A program made the translations under genes and the position numbers. Shown here one piece after another: positions 1-11,916 of a stretch of DNA of 64,000 nt. Position 1 is the first letter of the stretch. Every line of letters starts with the position of its first letter. The DNA lies in the NCBI GenBank assembly GCA_001661245.1, contig KV454013.1, forward strand, positions 21,005-85,004, read 5' to 3'. The notes beneath the pieces are model-generated. The model worked only from the letters and a program-made list of their open reading frames with translations. It did no database searches and was not told the DNA's origin. The DNA is from Pachysolen tannophilus NRRL Y-2460 (Eukaryota).

Positions 1-54
<54 letters not shown>

Positions 55-296
55 GTTTTGGTTTCAGCATGCACTACTTGTCCCTTGAAAAAAAAAAATT
101 TTTTTTGTTTTTTTTTGTTTCTTAATTATTGCCTTTTTGGGAAACTTTGTATTTTCACACACTATACCATGTTTTTCTGTTTTGGTACTAACTATTCCAT
201 ATAATTACTACCAGTAATACTCTACTAGTAATACTAGATGAGTATTTTATATTTGTTCTTTATTATTTATTCTCAGTTATTATAAAACTGCAGTCA

Positions 297-2297
297 ATGC
301 CCCGTGATCATGTCAGTGCGTTTGCTGCTTTCAATAGTGGTGATCAGGGTGTAGTAGGCCCAGAATGTGGCAATAGTTCTTCTAGTGAGGATGATGAGTT
401 ACCTCGGCTAGACCCAATACTGGAAATTCCTGTAAAGTCATCATCTACTACAAGAGATGTACCTTTACTGGCAACTACACTAGGAAGTACACTGACAAGT
501 ATTAAGCAAATTACGGTTTCAAAATTTCAGCAAGATGATGAAAATATGGTTTGTGGTAGTGATTATGTAATTATAGGTTTGAAAAATTTTGAATATTTAT
601 TAATTAAAGGACAATATAAATTGGTAGTTCAAAGAGGTTGTCTTAAAGTTAATAATGTATTGATTCATGCATCAAAGAGAAATTTTGAAATAGTTTCACC
701 TTCTTTATCTTCAGTTCCAGTACTTTATTCTTATCAAGTTACAGATAGATCTTTGGTTCAAGATGAAATCACTCTGGAAAATGAACATTTATTTTCTTCA
801 AAATATAAAACTGTAATAAAATTAATAAATTTATGGACAGGTTTAGAAAATATTGGATCATTATACCCATCTTTGAAAAATATTTTCCCTTTTAAAAATG
901 GAGAATTTGATTCAGAAAGTAAATTTGAACAGTATTCTTTTCAAATAATTTTAAAAGATGATAATTCTGCTTCAGGAATGATTTTAACTAAAAATTGGAA
1001 AACTATAATTAATGAAATATCAATAGAATGTAACGATAATAATATTAATAAAAATCTGAAAATTTTGATATTAGGTCCAAAAAATTCTGGTAAGACAACT
1101 TTTTTACAAAATTTATTAAATAATCTATTAGAAACTTCAAATTATTGTATTCCAGTAAATATAATGGATGTTGACCCGGGACAACCAGAATATTCTCCAC
1201 CAGATACACTCTCAATTTCACAACACATTTCACCAAAATTTGGATTCAATTTATCTTCAATATCACAACAACAAGAACTAGATGAAATAGATGATCAAGA
1301 TAGCTCAATATTATTTGAACAATATCTTGGTTCTTCTTCTCCAAATAGACAACCGGCACGATATCAAGAATTAATCAAAAATTTATACAATTATTATGAA
1401 AAATATTTACAAGAAAAAAATCAACCATTGTTAATAAATACACCCGGTTATGTAAAAGGTTTTGGTGTTGAATTGTTAAAAAATTTAATAAATGTAGTAA
1501 AACCAACACATTTAATATATTTGAGTAATAATGATTCAACAGAATCGGAATTACTTTCACAATTAACATCTGAGAAAATAATTAAGATAAATGGATATCT
1601 CAATAATATAAATAATTTAAAATATTCTTCAGCACAGTTAAGAAATTTCAAAATACTTTCTTATTTCCATTTCACTCAAAATCAACAAAACACTAAAGAA
1701 TTTCATAAAAAATTCGATTTCATGCCTTTAATACTCTCACATCCACCATATCAGATATCTTATACTGATAAAAATGATGACTCAGAATTACAATTTAAAG
1801 GAATATCAGCTGTTAATATTCTCGAGTATAATAATAATATCTTGCATAAAGATTTGATCACTTGTTTAGAACCTACAGTAGTAGGAATATATACCATGGA
1901 TTCTGAAATTTATCAAAACCTTTTATTGAAAAAACAAGTTGAGTCTTTAGAAAAATTTCCAAATTATATTAGACAATTGTCTGACAATATGACAAAATTT
2001 CAAGGATTGGGATTAATCCATTCTATAAATCCAGATAAAAAGGTAATCAATTTATATACACCAATAAATACTTCACGACTAATGAAAAGAATAAACGAAA
2101 ATGATGAAAAATTACTATTAATCAGAGGAAGAACCGAAATCCCAGTTGAAGAAATATCACCAAGAGAAATTTATAAAAAATATAAAACAAATAATAAAAT
2201 TAATTTGCCATATATTTCTTTTGAAAAAAATGTTGGTAAAGGTGGGAAAGTTTTGAAAATTAGGAGAAATATTATGAGAAGAAATCATTTTCAGTAA
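297..2297 (+). CDS. GRC3: Polynucleotide 5'-hydroxyl kinase Grc3/Nol9 (rRNA ITS2 processing)
   Basis: Walker A GPKNSGKTT, DVDPGQPEYSPP and INTPGYVKGFG motifs of the Clp1/Grc3 family; C-terminal KIRRNIMRR. Confidence 0.9.
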   Translation: MPRDHVSAFAAFNSGDQGVVGPECGNSSSSEDDELPRLDPILEIPVKSSSTTRDVPLLATTLGSTLTSIKQITVSKFQQDDENMVCGSDYVIIGLKNFEYLLIKGQYKLVVQRGCLKVNNVLIHASKRNFEIVSPSLSSVPVLYSYQVTDRSLVQDEITLENEHLFSSKYKTVIKLINLWTGLENIGSLYPSLKNIFPFKNGEFDSESKFEQYSFQIILKDDNSASGMILTKNWKTIINEISIECNDNNINKNLKILILGPKNSGKTTFLQNLLNNLLETSNYCIPVNIMDVDPGQPEYSPPDTLSISQHISPKFGFNLSSISQQQELDEIDDQDSSILFEQYLGSSSPNRQPARYQELIKNLYNYYEKYLQEKNQPLLINTPGYVKGFGVELLKNLINVVKPTHLIYLSNNDSTESELLSQLTSEKIIKINGYLNNINNLKYSSAQLRNFKILSYFHFTQNQQNTKEFHKKFDFMPLILSHPPYQISYTDKNDDSELQFKGISAVNILEYNNNILHKDLITCLEPTVVGIYTMDSEIYQNLLLKKQVESLEKFPNYIRQLSDNMTKFQGLGLIHSINPDKKVINLYTPINTSRLMKRINENDEKLLLIRGRTEIPVEEISPREIYKKYKTNNKINLPYISFEKNVGKGGKVLKIRRNIMRRNHFQ

Positions 2298-2370
2298 TAA
2301 CAATATTTATAGATAATGACTAAAAAACGTAAAGATTTAATATACATATGTATTTATTATTATTATAATT

Positions 2371-4941
2371 CTAAGCGACATCTTCCCCAGGCTTTTCGGT
2401 CTTCGACCATCCTAATCTTTTATTTAACCTTTCATATTTCAATCTATCTCTATCGCTAACACTCGGCTTTACACTATCTAAAGCTGCGTTGAAATCGCCC
2501 ATTGTCACAGAAATCTCATTTCCTGACTCATTACTAAATTTTGACTCACCGTTTTCATCTTCATACAACCCTTCAATATTTTCGTCACCTGTATGAATCC
2601 TAGTAAAAAATTTCCTTTTAAGTGCAAAAACACCAGCTTCTCTAACTACTGACGATATATCAGCACCAGAAAAATTATTACATCTTTCATCATTCGCAAT
2701 ATCATTCAAATTAACCATAGGATCTAACGGTGTTTTATTTGTGGTTATTACTGTTTTGAATATCTCAAGTCGTTCCTCTGGAGTTGGTAACTCTATATAC
2801 AAGGTCTTGTCCAATCTACCAGGTCTCAACATTGCTGGATCAATCATATCTGGTCTATTCGTAGCGCCAACAACAAAAATTTGTTGTCTTCCGTTCAAAC
2901 CATCCAACTCCGTTAATAACGTATTGACCACTCTAGAAGAAGACTCCGAAAGTGAAGAATCTCTTCTTGGTACCAACGCATCTAATTCATCAAAAAAGAT
3001 AATACAAGGTATCGATGCACTGGCTCTTTGAAATACTTGTCTAATCAGTTTTTCTGACTCACCAACGTATTTATTAAGTAACTCTGGTCCTTTTATAGAT
3101 ATAAAGTTAGCTTTAGATTCATTTGCTATTGCCTTTGCCAACAAAGTTTTACCGCAACCAGGAGGACCCCACATAAGTACTCCTGATGGTGCAGTAATAC
3201 CAACCTTTTCGTAAATTTCGGGATTTTTAATGGGCTGCACTATAGACATTTGCAACTCTGCCCTAATCTTCGTCAATGCACCAATGTGGGACCAGTCAAC
3301 ATCAGGTATAGTCGCAAAACCTTCTCTCTTAGCAGTTGGTTGAATATTAGGTAAAGCAGTTAAAAAATCCTCAAATTTAACTGCTAAAGGTTCCAATTGC
3401 TCTTTGGTTAATGGATTCGGATGTCTATATAGAAACTTCTTAATTGTAGACAAATTGTTGTAATCAGGGATCAAACCCGCCTCTTTTTTTTCTTGTGAAT
3501 GCTTTTGATTTAAATTGCTAGCGTTATCCATATCTATCTCCATATTATCATTTTCTAACAGTAAACCAATCAATTTATCTTCCTCTGATTCGTCGTCCAG
3601 TTCTGAAATTTCTTTAAAGATTCTTTTGATGGCAGCAATTCCAGCTGTGGTAGTTAATGCTTTCAAATCTGCACCAACATAACCCGGAGTTAGTTTTGCC
3701 AATTTCATTAACTTTAAATCACCGTCAATCTTCATTTTTGAAGTCATGGATTTAAGTATATTGAACCTTGTCTTTTCATCTGGGACTTTAACTGAAATTT
3801 CTCTTTCGAATCTTCCAGCCCTTCTCAAAGCCGGGTCTAACGAATCTGGTCTATTGGTTGCCGCCAATACCACAACCGGTTTACCATTTGTATTTTCAAA
3901 CGATAATTCATCTATAGAGGTTAATAATTGGGCAACAATTCTCCTTTCCATTTCTCTTTGAGCACCACCATCCCTCTTTGGAGTAATTGCATCGATTTCA
4001 TCAAAAAATATTAAACATGGTGCTAAAGATTTTGCCTCTTCAAATATTTCTCTTATTTTTTTTTCACTTTCTCCAGACATACCACTTACAACAGATGGCG
4101 CACTTAACGATATAAAGGGACATTGTAAAGTTCCAGCCAATGCGTTGGCAATTGTTGTCTTTCCACACCCCGGTGGTCCATTGAATAATATACCCCTTAT
4201 TGGCTGAATATTCAAAGATGAATATATTTCAGGGTGCTGCATTGGAAATATCACTGACTCGTATAATTCATCTTTTAATTCTTCCATACCTCCTAAATCG
4301 TCTAAAGTTATATTTGGAGTCACTGATCGATCTGATGAAGTTTTATGTCTTTTGGAAGATTTGTTATTCTCCTTTGATCTTTTCTTAGAATTCTTTTCAT
4401 CTGCTATAGAAGTTTCCACTGGACCATTAGTATCGTTATCATTAACATTAGTATTACTATTAACACTTTCTTGGTCTTCTTTCTTTTCTGCCATATTCCA
4501 AAGATTAACTATACTCTTATTCATTTTATTTTCATCTTTAACTTCTACAAGATCCTGTGTTGATTTCTCGTCATCTTTTGAACCATCTTCCCCCAAATTG
4601 TGTATATCAATACCTAACTCACTTAATTCATGTTCTTCTTTTGACTTAATTAATTTCCAAGTTTTATCAATAGCTTTCTCCAAGAGAACTTTTTTCTCTC
4701 TTTGTAATCTCATAACTTTTGACTGAGAATAAAATAAAATTTCACTATACTTCAAATCTTTGGCAAAAGCCGTAACTTTAGTTAATTCTGCTGGATCACT
4801 TTCATCTATATTAGGATTCTGCTCTTTTAAATACAGTGTCTTCTCTTCCAATAAACTACTTATCAAATCCGATATAGTCTTCTCCAAAGGTGTTAATGAC
4901 AAATAGGAGTTCTTTCTCCTTACCAGATGTGACTTTGCCAT
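2371..4941 (-). CDS. RIX7: Type II AAA-ATPase Rix7/NVL (60S biogenesis)
   Basis: Two AAA modules (GPPGCGKT twice), SVVSGMSGESE, AQREMERRIVAQLL, QPTAKREGF. Confidence 0.95.
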   Translation of the reverse strand: MAKSHLVRRKNSYLSLTPLEKTISDLISSLLEEKTLYLKEQNPNIDESDPAELTKVTAFAKDLKYSEILFYSQSKVMRLQREKKVLLEKAIDKTWKLIKSKEEHELSELGIDIHNLGEDGSKDDEKSTQDLVEVKDENKMNKSIVNLWNMAEKKEDQESVNSNTNVNDNDTNGPVETSIADEKNSKKRSKENNKSSKRHKTSSDRSVTPNITLDDLGGMEELKDELYESVIFPMQHPEIYSSLNIQPIRGILFNGPPGCGKTTIANALAGTLQCPFISLSAPSVVSGMSGESEKKIREIFEEAKSLAPCLIFFDEIDAITPKRDGGAQREMERRIVAQLLTSIDELSFENTNGKPVVVLAATNRPDSLDPALRRAGRFEREISVKVPDEKTRFNILKSMTSKMKIDGDLKLMKLAKLTPGYVGADLKALTTTAGIAAIKRIFKEISELDDESEEDKLIGLLLENDNMEIDMDNASNLNQKHSQEKKEAGLIPDYNNLSTIKKFLYRHPNPLTKEQLEPLAVKFEDFLTALPNIQPTAKREGFATIPDVDWSHIGALTKIRAELQMSIVQPIKNPEIYEKVGITAPSGVLMWGPPGCGKTLLAKAIANESKANFISIKGPELLNKYVGESEKLIRQVFQRASASIPCIIFFDELDALVPRRDSSLSESSSRVVNTLLTELDGLNGRQQIFVVGATNRPDMIDPAMLRPGRLDKTLYIELPTPEERLEIFKTVITTNKTPLDPMVNLNDIANDERCNNFSGADISSVVREAGVFALKRKFFTRIHTGDENIEGLYEDENGESKFSNESGNEISVTMGDFNAALDSVKPSVSDRDRLKYERLNKRLGWSKTEKPGEDVA

Positions 4942-5007
4942 CTCTCAAGACAGGTCAGCTCAGTCTTTTTCGATTAGACAAATTCAATATCAAAATCTTT
5001 TAAAAAC

Positions 5008-5018
5008 TGAAAAATTTT
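5008..5018. promoter_or_regulatory. RRPE element in the RIX7/VPS20 divergent promoter
   Basis: Exact TGAAAAATTTT about 70 nt upstream of the start codon of a ribosome-biogenesis gene. Confidence 0.6.
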
Positions 5019-5158
5019 TAAAAACTTTTTTTTTTTATTTTTAATTTTTATTTTTTTTTTTTTTTCAGCTGTACATAAGAGTGTAAAAATTATATATATA
5101 AATATATATATAATATATAGAAAGATAAGAGATATGTCCGAGATTATAGAACAATAGA

Positions 5159-5821
5159 ATGGGGAACACATCATCAGTTTCTTCACCTAGGGTGACTCCT
5201 CAGGATAAAGCAATACTACAAATGAAGCTTCAAAGGGATAAGTTAATCAAGACACAGACCCGATTATCGGTTATTATGAATAAGGAAAAACAAATTGCAA
5301 TAGAAGCGTTACAGCAAAATAATAAGCAAAGAGCGTTATTAGCATTGAAAAAGAAAAAATATCAAGAATCATCTATTAATAGGATCAATGATCAGTTAAT
5401 AAGTTTAGAGAATTTGATAAACTCAATTGAATTTAAATTAATAGAAAAAGATTTTTTGTATGGTTTAGAACAAGGTAATAAGATTCTTACACAGCTTAAT
5501 AAAGAAGTTTCTATAGAGAAAGTAGATAAATTGATGGATACTACACAAGAAGGTATACGGTATCAACAAGAGGTTGATGATATGCTAAGTCAGCGTTTAA
5601 ATAGAAGTGAAGAAATGGAAGTAGATGAGGAATTAAAAGAGTTGGAAAGACAAGAATTAGGCTTGCCAGAAGTAAAAAAGGAACCAAAAGAATTATCAGA
5701 ATTATCAGAATTACCAGAAGTACCAAAGACTGATATTGAAGAAGAGCCCGTTGAAGAACTTCCAGAGCAAAGTATACAAAAAAAAGAAAGGGAAAGAGAA
5801 GAGGAACTTTTAGCTTCTTAA
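5159..5821 (+). CDS. VPS20: ESCRT-III subunit Vps20
   Basis: N-myristoylation start MGNTSS, QDKAILQMKLQRDKL, Snf7 domain, acidic tail with LPEVP motifs. Confidence 0.92.
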   Translation: MGNTSSVSSPRVTPQDKAILQMKLQRDKLIKTQTRLSVIMNKEKQIAIEALQQNNKQRALLALKKKKYQESSINRINDQLISLENLINSIEFKLIEKDFLYGLEQGNKILTQLNKEVSIEKVDKLMDTTQEGIRYQQEVDDMLSQRLNRSEEMEVDEELKELERQELGLPEVKKEPKELSELSELPEVPKTDIEEEPVEELPEQSIQKKEREREEELLAS

Positions 5822-6023
5822 TTGTAGGAATTTTTTTTAATTTAATTATTGTTATTATGCATTCTTTTTTTTTATAGGTAGACATATAAATTTTTTGGTT
5901 ATTTAGGCTTGTGATAGAAAAAAACTAATTTCATAAAGTGATTAATTATATATGTTATATCTTACTTTTGAGACATTATCAATGTTATTAATTAAATTGG
6001 GAAACATACGAGCCATAACAAAT

Positions 6024-7058
<1,035 letters not shown>

Positions 7059-7291
7059 TCAATCTCTATCACAATATAATATATTTCAGTGTATTTTCTT
7101 CATATATATATATATATATATATTTGTCTGAATGAACAAAAGTACCACCAACCTTCCCGACTCATCGGTAATTTTTCACGGACATATATATTTATGGCAC
7201 AGCCATATCTGGTAATATGTTCCTAGTTACCGTAACTGGAAGTCCAAATTTGAAATGTCCATTTGTGGAAAAAACCCAAAATCTCAAATTA

Positions 7292-7300
7292 GTCACGTGA
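7292..7300. promoter_or_regulatory. Cbf1/bHLH site GTCACGTGA
   Basis: Exact RTCACGTG beside a poly(dT) tract in the HEM2/J-protein divergent promoter. Confidence 0.55.
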
Positions 7301-7528
7301 TTACTTTTTTTTTTTTTTTTTTTTGGTTTTTTTGGTTTTATTTGTTTTTCTTTTCACGACACAAATTTTGTGACACTTTTTTTTTTTCAATTTTTTTAAT
7401 TTTGACCACTTTAAAGGTGTCATCTATTTTTCGTGACGCGTCAGTCAGAGCTAATTTATATATGAAGATGCTAGAGATTTAATAATCATATTAATAATAA
7501 TAATAATAATAGATTCATTATAGCAGCT

Positions 7529-8302
7529 ATGACTGTTCCATTCCCTGATATCAATCCATATGATGTACTAAAAGTACTGGAAAATGTGACTCCTTCAGAG
7601 ATCAGGAAGGCTTATTTTAAGTTAAGTCTTAAATATCATCCTGATAAAAGACCAAGAGATTTAAAGGAAAAAGAAATAGCAGAATTTACTGTTACTTTCC
7701 AAAAAATTCAATTTGCTTATTCTATATTATCAGATATAAACAAACGTAAGAAATATGATCAGACTGGGCAGTTGGAAGATTTTGCCATGGATGAAGATGG
7801 TGAATTTAATTGGAAAGATTATTTTGATAGTACCAAGACTCAAGAAATTACACCAGAATTGATTGAAAAAGATAAAAAAAATTATCAAAATTCTAAAGAT
7901 GAAGAAAATGATATTTATGAAATGTATCAATATTATGAAGGAGATTTCTTATTATTATTTGAATCAATTCCTCATAGCGATATAGAAAAAGATGAAAAAA
8001 GATTTTTCAAAATTATACAAAATTTAATAACTGAAAAAAAACTTGTTAAAACAAAAAAATTTGAAAAATATATAAAGAAAAGAGATCAAGAAATTCAAAA
8101 ACAATTAAAGAAAAACCTGAAAGAAGCAAAAGAAGCAGAAATTTTACAAAAAGAATTAAATATAAAGAAAACTGATTTAAATGATTTGGCTGGTTTGATC
8201 CAAAAAAGGAACAATAAGAGAGCCGCGCAGGCTGACGATTTTTTCGCAAAATTAGAAGAGAAATACAGTTCAAAGAAAAAAAAGAAGACTACAAAGAAAT
8301 AA
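7529..8302 (+). CDS. J-domain protein, DNAJC9-like
   Basis: J domain with HPD; Y..S..E..D middle region; KEAKEAE and DDFFAKLEEKY C-terminal motifs typical of the DNAJC9 family. Confidence 0.8.
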   Translation: MTVPFPDINPYDVLKVLENVTPSEIRKAYFKLSLKYHPDKRPRDLKEKEIAEFTVTFQKIQFAYSILSDINKRKKYDQTGQLEDFAMDEDGEFNWKDYFDSTKTQEITPELIEKDKKNYQNSKDEENDIYEMYQYYEGDFLLLFESIPHSDIEKDEKRFFKIIQNLITEKKLVKTKKFEKYIKKRDQEIQKQLKKNLKEAKEAEILQKELNIKKTDLNDLAGLIQKRNNKRAAQADDFFAKLEEKYSSKKKKKTTKK

Positions 8303-8582
8303 ATAGATGATATATATATATCTATATATATATATATCTATATATGTCTTTATTAATTTGATAAACAAGAACTTGTTGTTTGTTTGGTACTACAACTTGT
8401 GATTATGAACCGCCCACCCGTGCTCAGCAACGTATTATGTAAACTTGCTCGTCTCGAAATATGTATGTATATAATCCCCCACATTTTATTTTTTTTTCTT
8501 AGAAATTTTTCATAGTTGTAATTTTTCAATTTTATAAAATTTTTGTTCATTTTACTCAGAGACATCTAGCAAGTTGATTATA

Positions 8583-9749
8583 ATGGCTCCAGCTAGAAAG
8601 TTAGTTATGCAACCAGGCCCAATCGAGTTTTCGGACTCGGTTTTGCAGGCTATGGCAACTCCATCTCAATCTCATATGTCGCCTGAGTTCGCACAGGTTT
8701 TCCAAGAAACTCTTATTAAGACAAGAAGTTTGTTCAAGTCTTCAAATGATTCAAAATCTCAACCAATTGTACTCGCAGGTTCAGGTACTCTTGGTTGGGA
8801 TTTGGTTGGCTCGAATTTAATTGACTCACCAGAGGAAAAAATCTTGGTGTTATCAACAGGATTCTTCAGTGATTCATTTGCACAATGTTTGCAATTGTAC
8901 TCCGATAATGTTGATATATTATCGGCAGAATTAGGTAATGTCATTGATTATTCCAAATTAGAATCGCATTTAAAATTGAAAAATTATTCTATTGTAACAG
9001 TTACTCATGTCGATACTTCAACTGGTGTACTTTCAGATATAGCTAAAATTGCTTCAGTTGTTAAAAAAATTTCCCCAAGTACATTGATTGTTGTTGATGC
9101 TGTATGCTCTGCAGCTGTGGAAGACATCGAGTTTGATAAATGGGAGTTGGATTTCGTACTATCTGCGTCGCAGAAGGCTATTGGTGTTCCTTCAGGTTTA
9201 TCTATTTCGATTGCCTCTAAGAAAGTTGTTGATAAAGTATTAGCAAGAAAATCTAGAGCCAAAAATTTTTTTGCTAATTTACAACGATGGATTCCTGTTT
9301 TGGTAGCTTATGAAAGTGGTAAGCCAGCTTATTTTGCAACTCCACCGGTTCAACTAGTTCACGCATTGAATGTTTCTTTGAATTCTATTCTTTCAGTCCC
9401 ATTAGATGAAAGATTTAAAGAGAACCTTAAAGTCTCCCAAGATTTCAAAGCAAAATTGGGTAAATTAGGATTGAAAGTTGTTCCACTGAGTGGTCTGGAA
9501 ACTTCTGCATTGACTGCAGCTTATTTTCCTGAAAACATAAATCCTGCAGAATTTTTATCAAAAGTTTCTTCAAAAGGTGTTGAATTAGCGTCAGGAATCC
9601 ATCAAGGCATTCACCCTAAATATTTTAGGGTTGGCCACATGGGTGTAAGTGCTTTAGATCATACAAACGGTAGAGACGATGTTCAAAAGACTTATGAAGC
9701 AATTAAAGAATCTCTAATTGAATTGGGTTACACAGTTCCTACTAAATAG
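8583..9749 (+). CDS. AGX1: Alanine:glyoxylate aminotransferase (class V PLP enzyme)
   Basis: PGPIEFSD, GSGTLGWD, THVDTSTGV, SASQKA (PLP lysine), YFATPPVQL; first ATG at 8583 rather than the TTG at 8574. Confidence 0.92.
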   Translation: MAPARKLVMQPGPIEFSDSVLQAMATPSQSHMSPEFAQVFQETLIKTRSLFKSSNDSKSQPIVLAGSGTLGWDLVGSNLIDSPEEKILVLSTGFFSDSFAQCLQLYSDNVDILSAELGNVIDYSKLESHLKLKNYSIVTVTHVDTSTGVLSDIAKIASVVKKISPSTLIVVDAVCSAAVEDIEFDKWELDFVLSASQKAIGVPSGLSISIASKKVVDKVLARKSRAKNFFANLQRWIPVLVAYESGKPAYFATPPVQLVHALNVSLNSILSVPLDERFKENLKVSQDFKAKLGKLGLKVVPLSGLETSALTAAYFPENINPAEFLSKVSSKGVELASGIHQGIHPKYFRVGHMGVSALDHTNGRDDVQKTYEAIKESLIELGYTVPTK

Positions 9750-9900
9750 TTTTTATAATATTACTCAAGATTTGTTTTTCTACAACTAAAAATTTTCATA
9801 GCAATATGTATATTTCAAAATTTCAAAAAGAAAACATTATTTTAAATCCATTTACTGTATTTATTTATTTTTTTTTAATTTTTTATTTTTTACCTTTTAT

Positions 9901-11310
9901 TTAAACAGGTAGAGGGAACAAATCAGCCCACTGTGAAATCTCTTTCTTCAAAGCAGTCAACTCTTCAGAACCTTCGGCTATCTTTGCCTTGAAATCCTTT
10001 AATCTATTAGCATCAGTTGGTAATTCCGATTGGACTCTCTTGGCAATTTGTACAGCTCTGTCAATGTAGTCAGCAATTTTAACAAAATCACCTTCACCTA
10101 AACCTCTTGTTGTCATTGCTGGTGCACCAATTCTAATACCACCTGGAACTAAAGCAGACTTATCACCTGGAATAGAATTCTTGTTCAAAGCAATGTTGAT
10201 GTTTTCACAAACTGTTTCAATTCTTGCACCATCAATACCTTTATCCCTTAATGAGACTAAAACCATATGGGAATCAGTTCCGTCAGAAACTAATTTGTAA
10301 CCTAATTTTTTGAATTCAACTTCCAAAGCTTTTGCATTTTTCAACACTTGTTGTTGATATTGAACAAATTCTGGAGTATTAGCTTGTTTCAAAGCTGTTG
10401 CTAAAGCAGAGATAGTATGATTGTGTGGACCACCTTGGTGACCTGGGAAAACAGAAAAGTTGATTGGATTTTCCAAATCGTAGTAAATTTCCTTACCGGT
10501 CTTAGGGTTAACTGATCTGACACCTTTTCTGAAGAAGATCATTGCACCTCTTGGACCTCTTAAAGATTTATGGGTAGTGGTGGTAACAATATCAGCATAA
10601 TGGAAAGGAGATGGAATAACAGAAGCTGCAATTAAACCTGAGATATGGGCCATATCAACAACCAAGTAAGCACCAACTTTATCAGCAATTTCTCTCATTC
10701 TCTTGTAGTCAATTAATCTACAATAAGCAGAAGTACCAGCAACAAGAACCTTTGGTCTAAATAAGATAGCTGTTTTTTCCAACATATCGTAATCAATGAT
10801 ACCAGTTTCTAAGTTAACTCTGTAAGGCATAGTTTCAAAATAAGTAGAAACAGCTGAAATTTTTCTGGTATCAGTTTGGTAACCATGGGATAAATGACCT
10901 CCATGAGGTAAATCAAGACCCATTAATCTATCGTGAGGTTTCATTATAGCTTGGTAAACTTGTAAATTGGCTGGAGAACCTGATAAAGTTTGGACATTAA
11001 CACCCCATTTATCAGCATCTAAATGGAAAGCAGCTAAAGCTCTCTGTTGACATAATAATTCCATTTTATCAATGTGTTCATTACCACCGTAGTATCTAGC
11101 ACCTGGGTAACCTTCTGAATATTTGTTACACATTGGGGTACCCAATGCATCAAAGACAGAAGTTGATGTAAAATTTTCAGAAGCAATCAAGACAATAGAA
11201 TGCTTTTGTCTATCAATCTCATCCTTGATGATTTGGGAGACCTCTGGATCAGTATCATTTAAATGACCCTCCATCATTTGTTTGTGAGCATCGGATAAAA
11301 CGTAAGTCAT
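9901..11310 (-). CDS. SHM2: Cytosolic serine hydroxymethyltransferase
   Basis: [35 protein letters not shown]; no mitochondrial presequence. Confidence 0.95.
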   Translation of the reverse strand: MTYVLSDAHKQMMEGHLNDTDPEVSQIIKDEIDRQKHSIVLIASENFTSTSVFDALGTPMCNKYSEGYPGARYYGGNEHIDKMELLCQQRALAAFHLDADKWGVNVQTLSGSPANLQVYQAIMKPHDRLMGLDLPHGGHLSHGYQTDTRKISAVSTYFETMPYRVNLETGIIDYDMLEKTAILFRPKVLVAGTSAYCRLIDYKRMREIADKVGAYLVVDMAHISGLIAASVIPSPFHYADIVTTTTHKSLRGPRGAMIFFRKGVRSVNPKTGKEIYYDLENPINFSVFPGHQGGPHNHTISALATALKQANTPEFVQYQQQVLKNAKALEVEFKKLGYKLVSDGTDSHMVLVSLRDKGIDGARIETVCENINIALNKNSIPGDKSALVPGGIRIGAPAMTTRGLGEGDFVKIADYIDRAVQIAKRVQSELPTDANRLKDFKAKIAEGSEELTALKKEISQWADLFPLPV

Positions 11311-11370
11311 CTTGTCTATTTAGTGTTAGTTGATTATATAGAAACTGTTCAAGACAATATAGATATTAAA

Positions 11371-11407
<37 letters not shown>

Positions 11408-11489
11408 GGCATAAATATTTTGTATGGTTAAATTGGGGATGATATGAAAAATAGACAAAAAAAATTTTTCAATGTGAAATAATAATTTT

Positions 11490-11690
11490 TGACTCCGGAT
11501 TTTGAAAAAATGCGATGGATATTTGATAAGATATTTTGATACTGAATCTATAAGTATATTTTTGATCAAGGTATTTGCTTATTACGAGTCATAATTACAA
11601 AGAGGATTCTATTAAAGATGACACTGTGTAGAGAGTTTGTTTTGTATAATATAGTCAAAGCTTACCCCATACTTTTCGATGCTTTGACTC
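11490..11690. promoter_or_regulatory. Three TGACTC cores (Bas1/Gcn4 type) upstream of SHM2
   Basis: TGACTC 11490-11495, GAGTCA 11586-11591, TGACTC 11685-11690. Confidence 0.55.
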
Positions 11691-11916
11691 TGCTCTCTTT
11701 GAATACGTAGTTGCAATTTTTATGTTAAGTTAGTGGCACCGCTTTGGATGTTATTAATGACTATATTACAATCGAGTTCAAAATTAATAATTCTAATTAC
11801 AATAAATACATTATCTAAAGCAGGAAACCTAAATCTATAAATCAAAAAATCAATTTTATAAAATATTTTCAATAGTAAAACATAAAAAAAATACCCTATT
11901 TTCCCTCTGTAAAATT

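Noticed and set aside
1..53. Terminal poly(T)
   Set aside because: Homopolymer like those flanking the internal gap, probably a contig edge rather than a retroposed tail
2741..4726. Plus-strand ORFs inside RIX7, and similar antisense ORFs inside TOM1, RPS0, VPS29, SFL1 and AGX1
   Set aside because: Shadow frames of real genes with no independent motifs
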